Assembly: GCA_964455675.1 (NCBI GenBank)
Contig: CAYVYK010000015.1
Coordinates: forward strand, 1-37,293
Direction of reading: 5' to 3'
From: an uncultured Methanosarcinales archaeon
GTDB taxonomy: Archaea; Nanobdellota; Nanobdellia; Woesearchaeales; CAYVYK01
DNA length: 37,293 bases
A program made the translations under genes and the position numbers. Positions 1 through 8,504 of the stretch are shown in pieces (within the stretch, counting starts at the first letter, position 1; every line of letters begins with the position of its first letter). Below the pieces are notes generated by a model that was given only the letters and a program-made list of their open reading frames with translations, had not been told where the DNA came from and searched no databases.

Positions 1-73
1 GCTCCGGCCGGGATTTGAACCCGGATTAGAACCTCCGGAGGGTTCTGTCCTATCCAAGTTAGACTACCGGAGC
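1..73 (-). tRNA. trnR-CCG: tRNA-Arg(CCG); discriminator/CCA end would lie just outside the window
   Basis: Reverse complement folds as a cloverleaf: acceptor GCTCCGG/CCGGAGC, anticodon arm GAACC-CTCCGGA-GGTTC, T arm CCGGG-TTCAAAT-CCCGG. No intron. Confidence 0.96.
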
Positions 74-95
74 AGCATGCGTAAGGTGTTCATCG

Positions 96-128
96 GCTAT
101 TTTAATCTGTGGGAATAAGGTTTAAATA
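96..128. promoter_or_regulatory. Back-to-back archaeal TATA boxes for the tRNA (-) and the K+ channel (+)
   Basis: Minus strand AGATTAAAATAG lies about 25 nt before the tRNA 5' end; plus strand AAGGTTTAAATA (117-128) lies 22 nt before ATG 151. Confidence 0.6.
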
Positions 129-150
129 CCCCGGTTCCGGGTATGTTGCC

Positions 151-885
151 ATGGGTAAACCCCGCGATTCCATACGCGATAATCTGCTCAATGCATTAGA
201 TGAGCAGCTCTCCAAGCTTCCGACTGAGACACTTGCACGTCTTGCCCAGGAAGGCAAGGATAGGCTTTCGCATGAGAATATTGCAAGGCTCTCAAGACAG
301 CATATTACACTGCTCAATCGAATCGAGGAAGTGCTCTTCCAGCCGATCATGAAGAAAGTCCCGATCACGATCATCATACTTGGTGGTTTGCGTATTGTCT
401 CGGGATTGATGCTTGGATCATCCCCGCTGACATCATTCATTTCGCTGTTTTCCCTGCTTGTGCTAAGCCTCTATTTGGTCTTTTTCAATATCTATCTGAT
501 CAGGAATATGTTCCGTTCATTGCTCTCCGCCAAGAGTCTCTGGAGCCTTTTTGGCAGCTACGTTGTCTTCGTGATCTGTATCTTGCTCCTTTTCTCCTCG
601 GGCTACAGCACGGTTGAAAGGATGGGCGCAGGCTACCTCACGTACGGACAGTACTCCGATCAGTTCTCCACCGATATGATTATGAAAGATACCATGCGGT
701 CGTCTCACTATTTTTACTTCTCAGCCATAACGTTTTTTACCGTCGGTTACGGAGATATTTGCCCTATGGGACTCAATAAGAATCTATCGATGCTGAACGC
801 ATTCGCTGGAAGTTTCATTAACGCGATCCTGATGGTAGTTGTCGTGTCTGTGTATTTGAAGCGCACGACGAATGGGGACTCATAG
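151..885 (+). CDS. Potassium channel family protein (Ion_trans_2 pore) with extra N-terminal TM helices
   Basis: YFSAITFFTVGYGDICP selectivity filter, several hydrophobic segments. Start moved from GTG 109 to ATG 151 on TATA spacing. Confidence 0.88.
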   Translation: MGKPRDSIRDNLLNALDEQLSKLPTETLARLAQEGKDRLSHENIARLSRQHITLLNRIEEVLFQPIMKKVPITIIILGGLRIVSGLMLGSSPLTSFISLFSLLVLSLYLVFFNIYLIRNMFRSLLSAKSLWSLFGSYVVFVICILLLFSSGYSTVERMGAGYLTYGQYSDQFSTDMIMKDTMRSSHYFYFSAITFFTVGYGDICPMGLNKNLSMLNAFAGSFINAILMVVVVSVYLKRTTNGDS

Positions 886-1185
886 AAAATTGTCCCGTAT
901 GGATGCTGCGATTTCTTTCTCGCCGAGTTTATCGTAGATTGCCGCGGCAGTCTTGTAGTCGCCAAGCGACAGGAGCTGGTCCGCCCTCTGCTTCATGATT
1001 CCTTCAAAGCTCTTCTTGTCAGTCTGTTCGAGAATGCCGAGGAGTTCGTCCATCTTGCCTAGCCGTACGTAGTGCTCGGCAAGTTTTTGCATGATCACTT
1101 TCCTTTGCTCGTCAGTAAACATGCTGAGGTTGACGTTCTTCAATCCTTTTGTGAGGATGAGTTTCGCGATGGTTTCCTCTTCCAT
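880..1185 (-). CDS. Hypothetical alpha-helical (TPR-like) protein
   Basis: ADQLLSLGDYKTAAAIYDKLG resembles a TPR/alpha-solenoid helix pair. AAAATATATG box about 24 nt upstream of ATG 1185. Confidence 0.65.
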   Translation of the reverse strand: MEEETIAKLILTKGLKNVNLSMFTDEQRKVIMQKLAEHYVRLGKMDELLGILEQTDKKSFEGIMKQRADQLLSLGDYKTAAAIYDKLGEKEIAASIRDNFL

Positions 1186-1223
1186 AGGTGATGGAATGCA
1201 TTGCATGCATATATTTTTTTCCC

Positions 1224-2162
1224 TCATCCGAGAAATTTTCGGCGTAGATATGCGTTGTTGTCACCGCCACCAAGCGAATTTGTTGCCGCGTTCTTTACCG
1301 TTGCGGCTATGCCGGCTAGGTTATAGAGTGCTATACGCAGCACGCTGCTACCTGTGCGATCGTTCCTGTAGACTGTTTGATAGAAATCCTGCATGATCTG
1401 TCTTCGCTTGACGAGTCCGTCAATAGCTTCAGAAAGGATGGGCTCGAGCGCTTCCCGAAATGGCACCTTCCCAAGCCATCTGCCGTTGAGGAGCTTGAGA
1501 TGTTTTGGAGTGCACGAACTGCCAAGAGCATGCGCGAGCATGGGTATGGTTTCAAATACACGGTAGGATTCTGCCATATACGTTACCGCAAGGTATCGTC
1601 GTGCAATGGCCTCGCCAGTAACCGTATGCGGCAGGGTTCCAAGCGCGAGGCGGGCGATGTGTCGCCTTGCGTCCGAAACAGCGTCTCTTAGTGCTGTTCT
1701 AAATTCTTGCTGTGTATGGATATGCACGATCGGTTTTGATATTCTTCCGGCAAGGTATATGTCACGTTCAAGTCGTTGCCGCATTCCAAGGAGCGTTTCC
1801 TCAAAAACAAAGCCTGCTTTGTACGGTACTCGGCATTCTACACCGATATTGACAAGTGGTGTCTCGAAGCTGAAGTAGTATGGTGTATGCACTGAGAGCG
1901 CGTGTAGATGTGCTAATGTCTGATTGTTCCATTGGTAGTGCTCTGCCAGTTCGCCAAAGAGTTGTGTTCTGCTCGGGACAACCACGAGAAAGTCCGGTTT
2001 TTTGTCAAGTACTGTTCGATAGTCTGTTTCTTCATCCACACGCGCTCTGAGGTCTTGATAGAAGTGGCTTCCATACCCTATCACTGCTTGCACTCGGTAA
2101 TGCCTCCGGAGAATATCGTCAAGGCACGCTTGGCCAGCCTCTTGCAGTGTATGTTGCACCAT
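1224..2162 (-). CDS. Tam41/Mmp37-like nucleotidyltransferase (putative phosphatidate/lipid cytidylyltransferase)
   Basis: Colinear Tam41-type motifs: VIGYGS, KPDFLVVV, YKAGFVFEETLL, IYLAGRISKPI, LALGTLP...LAVTYMAESYR. Start 2162 (or 2168); CTTATAAAG box upstream. Confidence 0.75.
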   Translation of the reverse strand: MVQHTLQEAGQACLDDILRRHYRVQAVIGYGSHFYQDLRARVDEETDYRTVLDKKPDFLVVVPSRTQLFGELAEHYQWNNQTLAHLHALSVHTPYYFSFETPLVNIGVECRVPYKAGFVFEETLLGMRQRLERDIYLAGRISKPIVHIHTQQEFRTALRDAVSDARRHIARLALGTLPHTVTGEAIARRYLAVTYMAESYRVFETIPMLAHALGSSCTPKHLKLLNGRWLGKVPFREALEPILSEAIDGLVKRRQIMQDFYQTVYRNDRTGSSVLRIALYNLAGIAATVKNAATNSLGGGDNNAYLRRKFLG

Positions 2163-2190
2163 ACTCATCGTGAGTCGTATACGCTTTATA

Positions 2191-2236
2191 AGTGTTGCAG
2201 GAGTGTTGCGGGAAAGTGCTGCAGGAGTGCTGTGGA
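2191..2236. repeat. Four imperfect 11-bp direct repeats (consensus AGTGYTGYRGR)
   Basis: AGTGTTGCAGG 2191, AGTGTTGCGGG 2202, AGTGCTGCAGG 2215, AGTGCTGTGGA 2226. Confidence 0.8.
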
Positions 2237-2292
2237 GAAGTAATATGGATAACTTGCAGGGGAGAGTATTGACTAGCTAAAGAGATTGTTCG

Positions 2293-3021
2293 TTATTTGC
2301 GTCGGACAGGTTTCCCCTTCTCCCAGAGGAGTTGGAATATCTTGGTTTGGGATTCGACAAGGAGCTGACTTGTGATTCTAATGGCGATAAGTTCATCTTT
2401 GAACGTCATGATCATGACTTTTTTGCCAAAGATGAAGTAGACGCTATTGTGGTTCTTGAACGTATGAAGCGTGCGGATGTCAGTGTAGCGACGGACTTCC
2501 TTTGTCAGCATATGTGAAGGGACATCCTCCTCAATGACTGCTTGCAGTTGTATATGTTTTTCTACTCGTCGCCTCGCAAAATTTGCGTTGTATGTACCGA
2601 GGAGAGAATCTGCAAGACGTGACGCGCCATAGACAATGATCTTTTGGTAATTCAGCATGTCTTCAGCAGAACTCTTTATTCCGCTGACTCCTTCAAAGAC
2701 TTCCACCTTGGGTTTTTCTATGACTGTTCCAGAAATTCGTGTGAGGAGTGGTAGTACTTCTGATATGGCCTTTTCCTTGTCCCTGAGGAGATTGATGAGC
2801 ACGTCTGGTTTTGCTGCCGTAAAATAGTACTTGTTCTTCTTGTGCACTGCGCCAATAAGTCCCTTCTTTCCGAGCGATGCAAGTACTTCATAGATTGTGC
2901 TCCGGCGTATGTTTGTAAGTTCAGAAAGACGGTATGCACTTGCACTTCCAGATTTCAGGCACGCGAGATAAGTTTCGATTTCTTTTTCCGTGAGTCCGTA
3001 TTTTCTTAACGCTTCTTTCAC
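2293..3021 (-). CDS. TrmB family transcriptional regulator
   Basis: YGLTEKEIETYLACLKSG...IRRSTIYEVLASLGKKGLI wHTH, PKVEVFEGVSGIK linker, C-terminal effector domain ending FQLLW. GTG 3021 chosen on TTCTTAAAC box spacing. Confidence 0.92.
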   Translation of the reverse strand: MKEALRKYGLTEKEIETYLACLKSGSASAYRLSELTNIRRSTIYEVLASLGKKGLIGAVHKKNKYYFTAAKPDVLINLLRDKEKAISEVLPLLTRISGTVIEKPKVEVFEGVSGIKSSAEDMLNYQKIIVYGASRLADSLLGTYNANFARRRVEKHIQLQAVIEEDVPSHMLTKEVRRYTDIRTLHTFKNHNSVYFIFGKKVMIMTFKDELIAIRITSQLLVESQTKIFQLLWEKGKPVRRK

Positions 3022-3050
3022 AAGATTGAAATTGGACAATAGTTTAAGAA

Positions 3051-3071
3051 TGTTGTCATAAAATGACGACA
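3051..3071. promoter_or_regulatory. Inverted-repeat operator candidate between divergent TATA boxes
   Basis: TGTTGTCAT-AAA-ATGACGACA (9-3-9, one mismatch), flanked by TTTAAG (3043-3048) and GTTATAAG (3076-3083). Confidence 0.65.
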
Positions 3072-3102
3072 AATCGTTATAAGGATAACTTTACTTCCAT
3101 TG

Positions 3103-3588
3103 ATGATGAAATCTCTACTCGAGCGTATCGTGAAGGGTACAAAGCATGTAGTACTGACAACCGCAATTTACACTTCAGTTATGGCTCCCTCGGGTATTGC
3201 GCTGTGTCTGGGGCTTAGGGAAGTAGATGGGTGTTACGATAGACAAGCTCGAGCAAAACGCGAATTGATTCCTGCAGAATTCTTTGACGCAAGAGGCGAT
3301 ATCCTCCAGATGCAGAACAAGTATCCGACGGTTGAGGATGCATTAGAACTATCGTGTACTGATAAGGTCTCGGCTGTCAAGTACCTTGAATCAATAAAGA
3401 CTTGTGAAAGATACAGGAATGATGAAGTGGTAGGCCGGGAAATTGTGGCCCTTGAATTGATTGAAGACGAACGACGATTGGTAATGTGGTCTATTGGAGG
3501 AGTATACTGTGTGTTCGGACTTGGCGTGATAACTATTGCGGATAATTATGTTAGGAAGAGACTAGGTAATCAGGATAAGAAGGTGTGA
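3103..3588 (+). CDS. Hypothetical protein with N- and C-terminal hydrophobic segments
   Basis: Open frame with TATA about 20 nt upstream; two predicted TM helices; no family recognised. Confidence 0.7.
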   Translation: MMKSLLERIVKGTKHVVLTTAIYTSVMAPSGIALCLGLREVDGCYDRQARAKRELIPAEFFDARGDILQMQNKYPTVEDALELSCTDKVSAVKYLESIKTCERYRNDEVVGREIVALELIEDERRLVMWSIGGVYCVFGLGVITIADNYVRKRLGNQDKKV

Positions 3589-3647
3589 AGCGCGAGGTAT
3601 TGAGTGGAACGAAAGTAATTTATAACGGGCAATCATAGGTATGTGGT

Positions 3648-4496
3648 ATGATTGAGCTGATGAAAACAGCGCAGAAAAACGAGATAACCGAGTGCCATAT
3701 CTACGCTGCGCTCGCCGAAAAGACCAAGGACGCGCACAATCGGAAAGTCCTGCTGAAGATATCGGCTGATGAAAAGAAGCATTATAGTCTCTTGCGTGCG
3801 TACACTAAGGTTGATGTGCTGCCGGACAGATTCAAGATCTGGTGGTACACCCTTCTTGCATCCGTTCTTGGTGTCTCATTCAGTTTGCGCCTTATGGAGC
3901 AGGGCGAAGAGTTCGCTCAGGAAATTTATGACAAGCAGAAGCAGAAACCGTTTGATATTCTTCTGATGGACGAGCACCGTCATGAAAAGCAGCTTCTTGA
4001 GATGTTGAACGATCCAAGGGTGGAATATGCGGGTTCGATTGTTCTCGGATTGAATGATGCGCTTGTCGAGCTCACGGGTGCTCTTGCGGGTTTAAGTCTT
4101 GCGCTCGGGAACGGGAGGCTTGTTGCGATTACGGGTGCGATCACCGGTTTTGCAGCGTCTCTTTCCATGGCGGCTTCATCCTATCTTTCGTCTAAGGAAG
4201 AAAAGTCGGATAGGGCTCCGCTCAAGGGCGCTCTGTACACGGGGATTGCCTATATTGTCACGGTCGCTTTGCTCATCATTCCGTTTATCCTGATTGAGAA
4301 CACGGTTACTGCGATGATTGTTATGCTTTCAACAACCGTCATTATCATCGCGTTCTACACGTTCTACATTTCAACCGCAAAGGGCACAAAATTTTGGCCA
4401 AGGTTCCTCGAGATGGCGTTGATTTCACTTGGTGTCGCAGCCATCAGCTTCTGCATTGGCTGGATTGTGCGCACGTACATCGGTGTTGACGCGTAG
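3648..4496 (+). CDS. Rubrerythrin/ferritin-like domain fused to VIT1/CCC1 Fe/Mn transporter
   Basis: NEITECHIY...ADEKKH and DEHRHE diiron motifs; GSIVLGLNDALVELTGALAG and AASLSMAAS VIT1 motifs. Confidence 0.92.
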   Translation: MIELMKTAQKNEITECHIYAALAEKTKDAHNRKVLLKISADEKKHYSLLRAYTKVDVLPDRFKIWWYTLLASVLGVSFSLRLMEQGEEFAQEIYDKQKQKPFDILLMDEHRHEKQLLEMLNDPRVEYAGSIVLGLNDALVELTGALAGLSLALGNGRLVAITGAITGFAASLSMAASSYLSSKEEKSDRAPLKGALYTGIAYIVTVALLIIPFILIENTVTAMIVMLSTTVIIIAFYTFYISTAKGTKFWPRFLEMALISLGVAAISFCIGWIVRTYIGVDA

Positions 4497-4497
4497 G

Positions 4498-5670
4498 TTA
4501 CTTCTTGTACTCGTTCACGTGGACAACTTTTGCCGGAGGAAATCCGTTGAAGTTTGTGGCAGAAACTACGGTGTACGCTCCGACATTGTCACTCCGGAGA
4601 TAGTCACCTAGCTCAAGGTCTCCAGGCAGCATCTCTTCCATGGAGATTCTATCAAGGCCGTCACATGTTGGCCCGCACACGGCGCAGATCTCGGTTTCTC
4701 CTGCATCGCGAAACGCGGAGAAGTGGTATTGGCAGTGGTCAAAGAGCACTCCCGAGAATGTGTGGTAGATGCCGTCATCGATGTAGTAGAATCTTTTTCC
4801 TTTGCGTCTGCTGCGCCCGATGATTTTCGCAACAAGCGTTGCTGCCCGCGCAACCATGTACCTGCCTGGCTCAGCGATGATTTCAAATCCGGGCTCTGGC
4901 GGAAAGTACCTGTCGAGTTCCGTGTTGATGATGTCCGCAAGTTTCTCAAAATCCGGATCGTGCTCCATGTATCGTACAGGAAATCCTCCTCCGATGTCAA
5001 GCACGTTGGGTTTTTTCCCATTGTTGAATCGTGGTCCTTGCGCGTGCATGTTATCGAATATTTGCCTGCATGCGGCAAGCGCTTCCACATAGTTTCCAAA
5101 TTGTGCGCACTGGCTTCCGACGTGAAATGAGAGTCCTTCAACGGTAAGGCCAAGGTCGTTCGCTTTTCTGATGAGCTCCATGGCTTCCTGCGGTGCAACG
5201 CCAAATTTTGAGTTAAGCTCGACCATTGATCCAAGGTCAGAAACCATGAGCCGTACAACGACTCCTGCAGTGTCGCAGTGCTGCTTGATCTTGTATAATT
5301 CGTCCTCGTTGTCAAACGTGACGAGTGGCTTGTACGGCCGTAGCTTGCGGAGTGTTTCTTCGCTCTTGATCGTGTTTGAGAAAATGATCTTGTCCCAGAT
5401 GTAGTGCGCAACTTCTGGCTCGGGATCTGCCGCGATAAGCCTGTTGACGTGGTCAAATTCCTGCCATGATGCGACGTCAAAGCTTGCGCCTTCGAGAAAG
5501 AGAGTCCTGACAACTTCCGGTAGTGCGAGCGCTTTGACTGCATAGTAAGGTATGACTCGTGGCAGTCGTTCTCGGAAGTGGTGGTATGTTGCTCGAAGTG
5601 CGTCGTGGTCTACAACAAAGAGCGGAGTACCGTGGCGTTTGGCTAATTCAGCAAGTCGCGCGTTGTCCAT
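4498..5670 (-). CDS. Fold-type III PLP decarboxylase (ornithine/lysine decarboxylase)
   Basis: PYYAVKA (PLP Lys), FDVAS, KFG, SFHVGSQ, LDIGGGF, EPGRYMV, SGVLFDH, GPTCDGLD, GAYT. Confidence 0.93.
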   Translation of the reverse strand: MDNARLAELAKRHGTPLFVVDHDALRATYHHFRERLPRVIPYYAVKALALPEVVRTLFLEGASFDVASWQEFDHVNRLIAADPEPEVAHYIWDKIIFSNTIKSEETLRKLRPYKPLVTFDNEDELYKIKQHCDTAGVVVRLMVSDLGSMVELNSKFGVAPQEAMELIRKANDLGLTVEGLSFHVGSQCAQFGNYVEALAACRQIFDNMHAQGPRFNNGKKPNVLDIGGGFPVRYMEHDPDFEKLADIINTELDRYFPPEPGFEIIAEPGRYMVARAATLVAKIIGRSRRKGKRFYYIDDGIYHTFSGVLFDHCQYHFSAFRDAGETEICAVCGPTCDGLDRISMEEMLPGDLELGDYLRSDNVGAYTVVSATNFNGFPPAKVVHVNEYKK

Positions 5671-5672
5671 CG

Positions 5673-6845
5673 TTATCGGTAGCTCTTCGCAAGTTCCGTA
5701 AGCTCGGTGATTTCCTTGTTGTTCGCGGCGTATCCTGTCTTGAGGTGTTCGTGGAGCTCCCCGCGCTTGTCATAGAGTCGTTTATGCTCTTTTCTCTGCG
5801 CGACGGCAAGGATGTATGCTGTCATGAGCGGCAGCACAAGGCTCGTGTCTTGATAGCAGATCACGCAGTCTTGTACCTTGTCAGCGTCAAGTTTTCCCCA
5901 CGTGACTGCTTCGTGCGGTGTTGCGCCCGAGAGCCCTCCAGTGTCGGGTCGTGCGTCCGTGATTTGGATGAAGTAGTCTTGCCCTGCTTCCGGGATCATG
6001 AGTACTTCCTGAATTTGGGGTTCTGTCTGGAGCATGAAGTTTTTTGGGCTGCCTCCTCCAAGGAGAAGTACTGCTGTCTTGCCATTCTCCACTTTCTTCG
6101 CGTTGTAGATGATGGCCGTTGACTCGTTGACATCAATGCTTGGGTTGATCTTGAGTCGGAAGTAGTCCTGGAATCCTCTGAGTTCCGCGAGGAGTTCAAG
6201 TCCTGCAACGTTCATTCCGATCGTTGAATCTCCAGGCGATGACGTAAAGACTGGAATGCCAAGCCTGTGCGCGGCAGCAAGGATACTGACTTCTCCAATG
6301 CCATTGCGCGCTTCATATTCATTCAAGATTCCGCCGAGGATGTGGTAGAATTCCTGTGTTCCCATTTCGTGCTGGAATTCAGGGCGTAGTAATATTTTGC
6401 GGAGCTCTTGGTCCGTTGCCATGAGCACGTCTTTGTAGTCAAGTCTCACGTCATATATTCTTGTAACGCCTCGCTTGCGCATATCGACATCGTTAACGTT
6501 TGGGCTTCCTTCAAAGAGCGGCATGTTGAACGCGAAATGGATATCATGGTACATGTTCGCTCCTGTGGCGACGATCCAGTCCACGTATCCATGGTTCATC
6601 AGGGGAATGATGGATGAAGGTCCAAGGCCTGCTGGCGTGAGCGCTCCCGCAAGGCTTACTCCGATCGTGACGTCCTCTTGCCACATGTGGTTTGCGACGA
6701 GGTCGCATGCTTCGCGGAATCGCGCCCCGTTGTACGCGTGGAGTTTCTGCACGAGCTGTGCGATGTTTGTATCTCCGTTGATCGGTGGCGAGAGCACTCG
6801 CCTCCCTGAGTAATAGGCATGATTTGGGCATTGGTTTTTCGTCAT
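5673..6845 (-). CDS. Deoxyhypusine synthase family protein (SpeY/homospermidine-synthase-like)
   Basis: SLAGALTPAG, ATGANMYHD, SSPGDSTIG, GGGSPKNF, DTGGLSGATPHEAVTWGK. GGGGTG RBS. Ends 2 nt before the decarboxylase start. Confidence 0.93.
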   Translation of the reverse strand: MTKNQCPNHAYYSGRRVLSPPINGDTNIAQLVQKLHAYNGARFREACDLVANHMWQEDVTIGVSLAGALTPAGLGPSSIIPLMNHGYVDWIVATGANMYHDIHFAFNMPLFEGSPNVNDVDMRKRGVTRIYDVRLDYKDVLMATDQELRKILLRPEFQHEMGTQEFYHILGGILNEYEARNGIGEVSILAAAHRLGIPVFTSSPGDSTIGMNVAGLELLAELRGFQDYFRLKINPSIDVNESTAIIYNAKKVENGKTAVLLLGGGSPKNFMLQTEPQIQEVLMIPEAGQDYFIQITDARPDTGGLSGATPHEAVTWGKLDADKVQDCVICYQDTSLVLPLMTAYILAVAQRKEHKRLYDKRGELHEHLKTGYAANNKEITELTELAKSYR

Positions 6846-6925
6846 ATGGCACCCCCGATTGCGAATTGATGTAACGAGTGATGGATACGAATCTCATATA
6901 AAAAAGTAGTGCCGTGGTTGTGTCA

Positions 6926-7915
6926 TCACTCAGCCACGAATCGTGAGAAGAACTTCCACATCTCATCGTTCGCGTTAATATCAGGACTGATTGCTCCAAG
7001 TTCTTCTTCGCCAAGATTTCCGGCATACTGCCCGCCCGGCCATGTGTGACCTGCATTCTGTATCGTGCAGAGAACGACGGAAGCTTTGCAATTATCATAT
7101 TCCATGCATGTTGCTTCTCCCTTTTGGTAGGTTACGTGTTGTGTTGCTCCGCACTCGTTTCTTGATGCCCACATCGCAAGATATTCCGGCACGCTCCGGC
7201 ATGACCACCCAGGTCCTGCGCGTTTTCCGCACGTTCCTCCGTTGTACATTGCGCTTTCATCATTCATCCCGTGAAAATGGATGACGGGCACTTTGCGTGT
7301 CGGATTGCATTCAATTTCGGCGTCATGTGCGCCGACTGCCGCAATGGCGGCGATCTCTTCGCTCATGTCACACGCAAGTCGATATGCCATGAGCGCGCCG
7401 TTCGAGTGACCTGTTGCGTATATTCTTCGTCGGTCAATGGGTGCTTTTTCGGCGACGCTCTCGATGATATCTCGTGTGTAGGCAACGTCATCACGAGCAT
7501 CCTCCATGGCCTTTCCGCAGCATCTTCCGGCATTCCACGTCCCGATGACTTGGCCTCGTATCCTTGGTCCGGTGCCTTCTGGATAGACCGCGATGAATCC
7601 CTCTCGATCAGATTTCTCGTTCAGCATGCTCTGCTCTTGGATGTGCTGCGGACTTCCGCCCCCTCCATGGAATGCGAGCACAACAGGAGCTGGATCTTGT
7701 ACATGAGCCGGAATGTGCATGAAATATCGTCGGCCACTTTCCAATGTGATCACCACGTCTCCGGGTGCGTTTTCTTCACAGTCCAAAGGACATGATCCGC
7801 GCCGTTGTTCAGGGTTTTCGCACACATCATTCCCGCACCGCGCACATCCAGCTGTTAAAAAAATAAGTACGATAAGTAGAACAAGCAACATAGGCTGAAT
7901 GTCAGTATTAGTCAT
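6926..7915 (-). CDS. Secreted alpha/beta-hydrolase (LpqC/PHB-depolymerase esterase family) with N-terminal Cys-rich module
   Basis: LAFHGGGG, AVYPEG, WNAGRCCG, GHSNG nucleophile elbow, HFHGMND, GHTWPGG. Signal with lipobox-like LTAGC. ATG 7915 follows GGTGG and overlaps the upstream stop. Confidence 0.9.
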   Translation of the reverse strand: MTNTDIQPMLLVLLIVLIFLTAGCARCGNDVCENPEQRRGSCPLDCEENAPGDVVITLESGRRYFMHIPAHVQDPAPVVLAFHGGGGSPQHIQEQSMLNEKSDREGFIAVYPEGTGPRIRGQVIGTWNAGRCCGKAMEDARDDVAYTRDIIESVAEKAPIDRRRIYATGHSNGALMAYRLACDMSEEIAAIAAVGAHDAEIECNPTRKVPVIHFHGMNDESAMYNGGTCGKRAGPGWSCRSVPEYLAMWASRNECGATQHVTYQKGEATCMEYDNCKASVVLCTIQNAGHTWPGGQYAGNLGEEELGAISPDINANDEMWKFFSRFVAE

Positions 7916-8504
7916 ATCCACCAGCAGACGCGATGAATTCTTCTGAAATGTTGAATTCTGTTCGTGAGAACGTTCCCGTTATCTTGATGATTGCTGTGAT
8001 GGCCGGATCTGCATCCGCGTACGCTGTCACGTGGTACGTTCCGTTGGTATGCTCTATCTTGAGATCATGGATGACCGGTGCTTGCTGACGAAATCGTTCT
8101 GTGACATAGCTTTGGTTCACGATACTTACCCGCCGCAGAAGCGTGTAGAGACGTAGTGCATCCTCTGCTTCCTTGGCAGTTTTTGTATGCATATGTTTCT
8201 TGAGTAACGGCAAAATGCCTTCTTTGCCCGTGATAAAGCTCTGCTGCTTTCCTTCGATGATGAGTGTGTAAGGGTATTCTTCCCGCCCGGCGAGCATGGA
8301 GCGCTCATTGTAAACCGAGAAGAAATACAGCTGCTCGCCTGGAAAGTACTTGGAGAACAGAGGGTCATTGACTTGGTGAACTGGTTCTCTGATGAGATCA
8401 CCAAACTTTTTTTGAGCGATAGTCTTGGCTTCTGGTATGGCTCCCGTCTCCGTGCATGCTGTACATACCGTAAATAATAGGACGATCCATATGATCGCGC
8501 GCAT
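7908..8504 (-). CDS. Hypothetical secreted/lipoprotein-like protein
   Basis: MRAIIWIVLLFTVCTAC signal-like N-terminus; overlaps esterase start; ATTCATATAG box upstream. Confidence 0.75.
   Translation of the reverse strand: MRAIIWIVLLFTVCTACTETGAIPEAKTIAQKKFGDLIREPVHQVNDPLFSKYFPGEQLYFFSVYNERSMLAGREEYPYTLIIEGKQQSFITGKEGILPLLKKHMHTKTAKEAEDALRLYTLLRRVSIVNQSYVTERFRQQAPVIHDLKIEHTNGTYHVTAYADADPAITAIIKITGTFSRTEFNISEEFIASAGGYD

Noticed and set aside
1..73. tRNA as prophage/island integration site
   Set aside because: No duplicated tRNA 3' end or integrase seen in the window; the 3' flank lies outside it.
2191..2236. Repeats as a mini-CRISPR array
   Set aside because: Units are 11 bp, nearly contiguous, with no spacers and no cas genes.
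4608..5543. 311-aa alternative-frame ORF inside the decarboxylase gene
   Set aside because: Ser/Thr/Arg-rich shadow frame with no motifs; explained by codon bias of the real gene.
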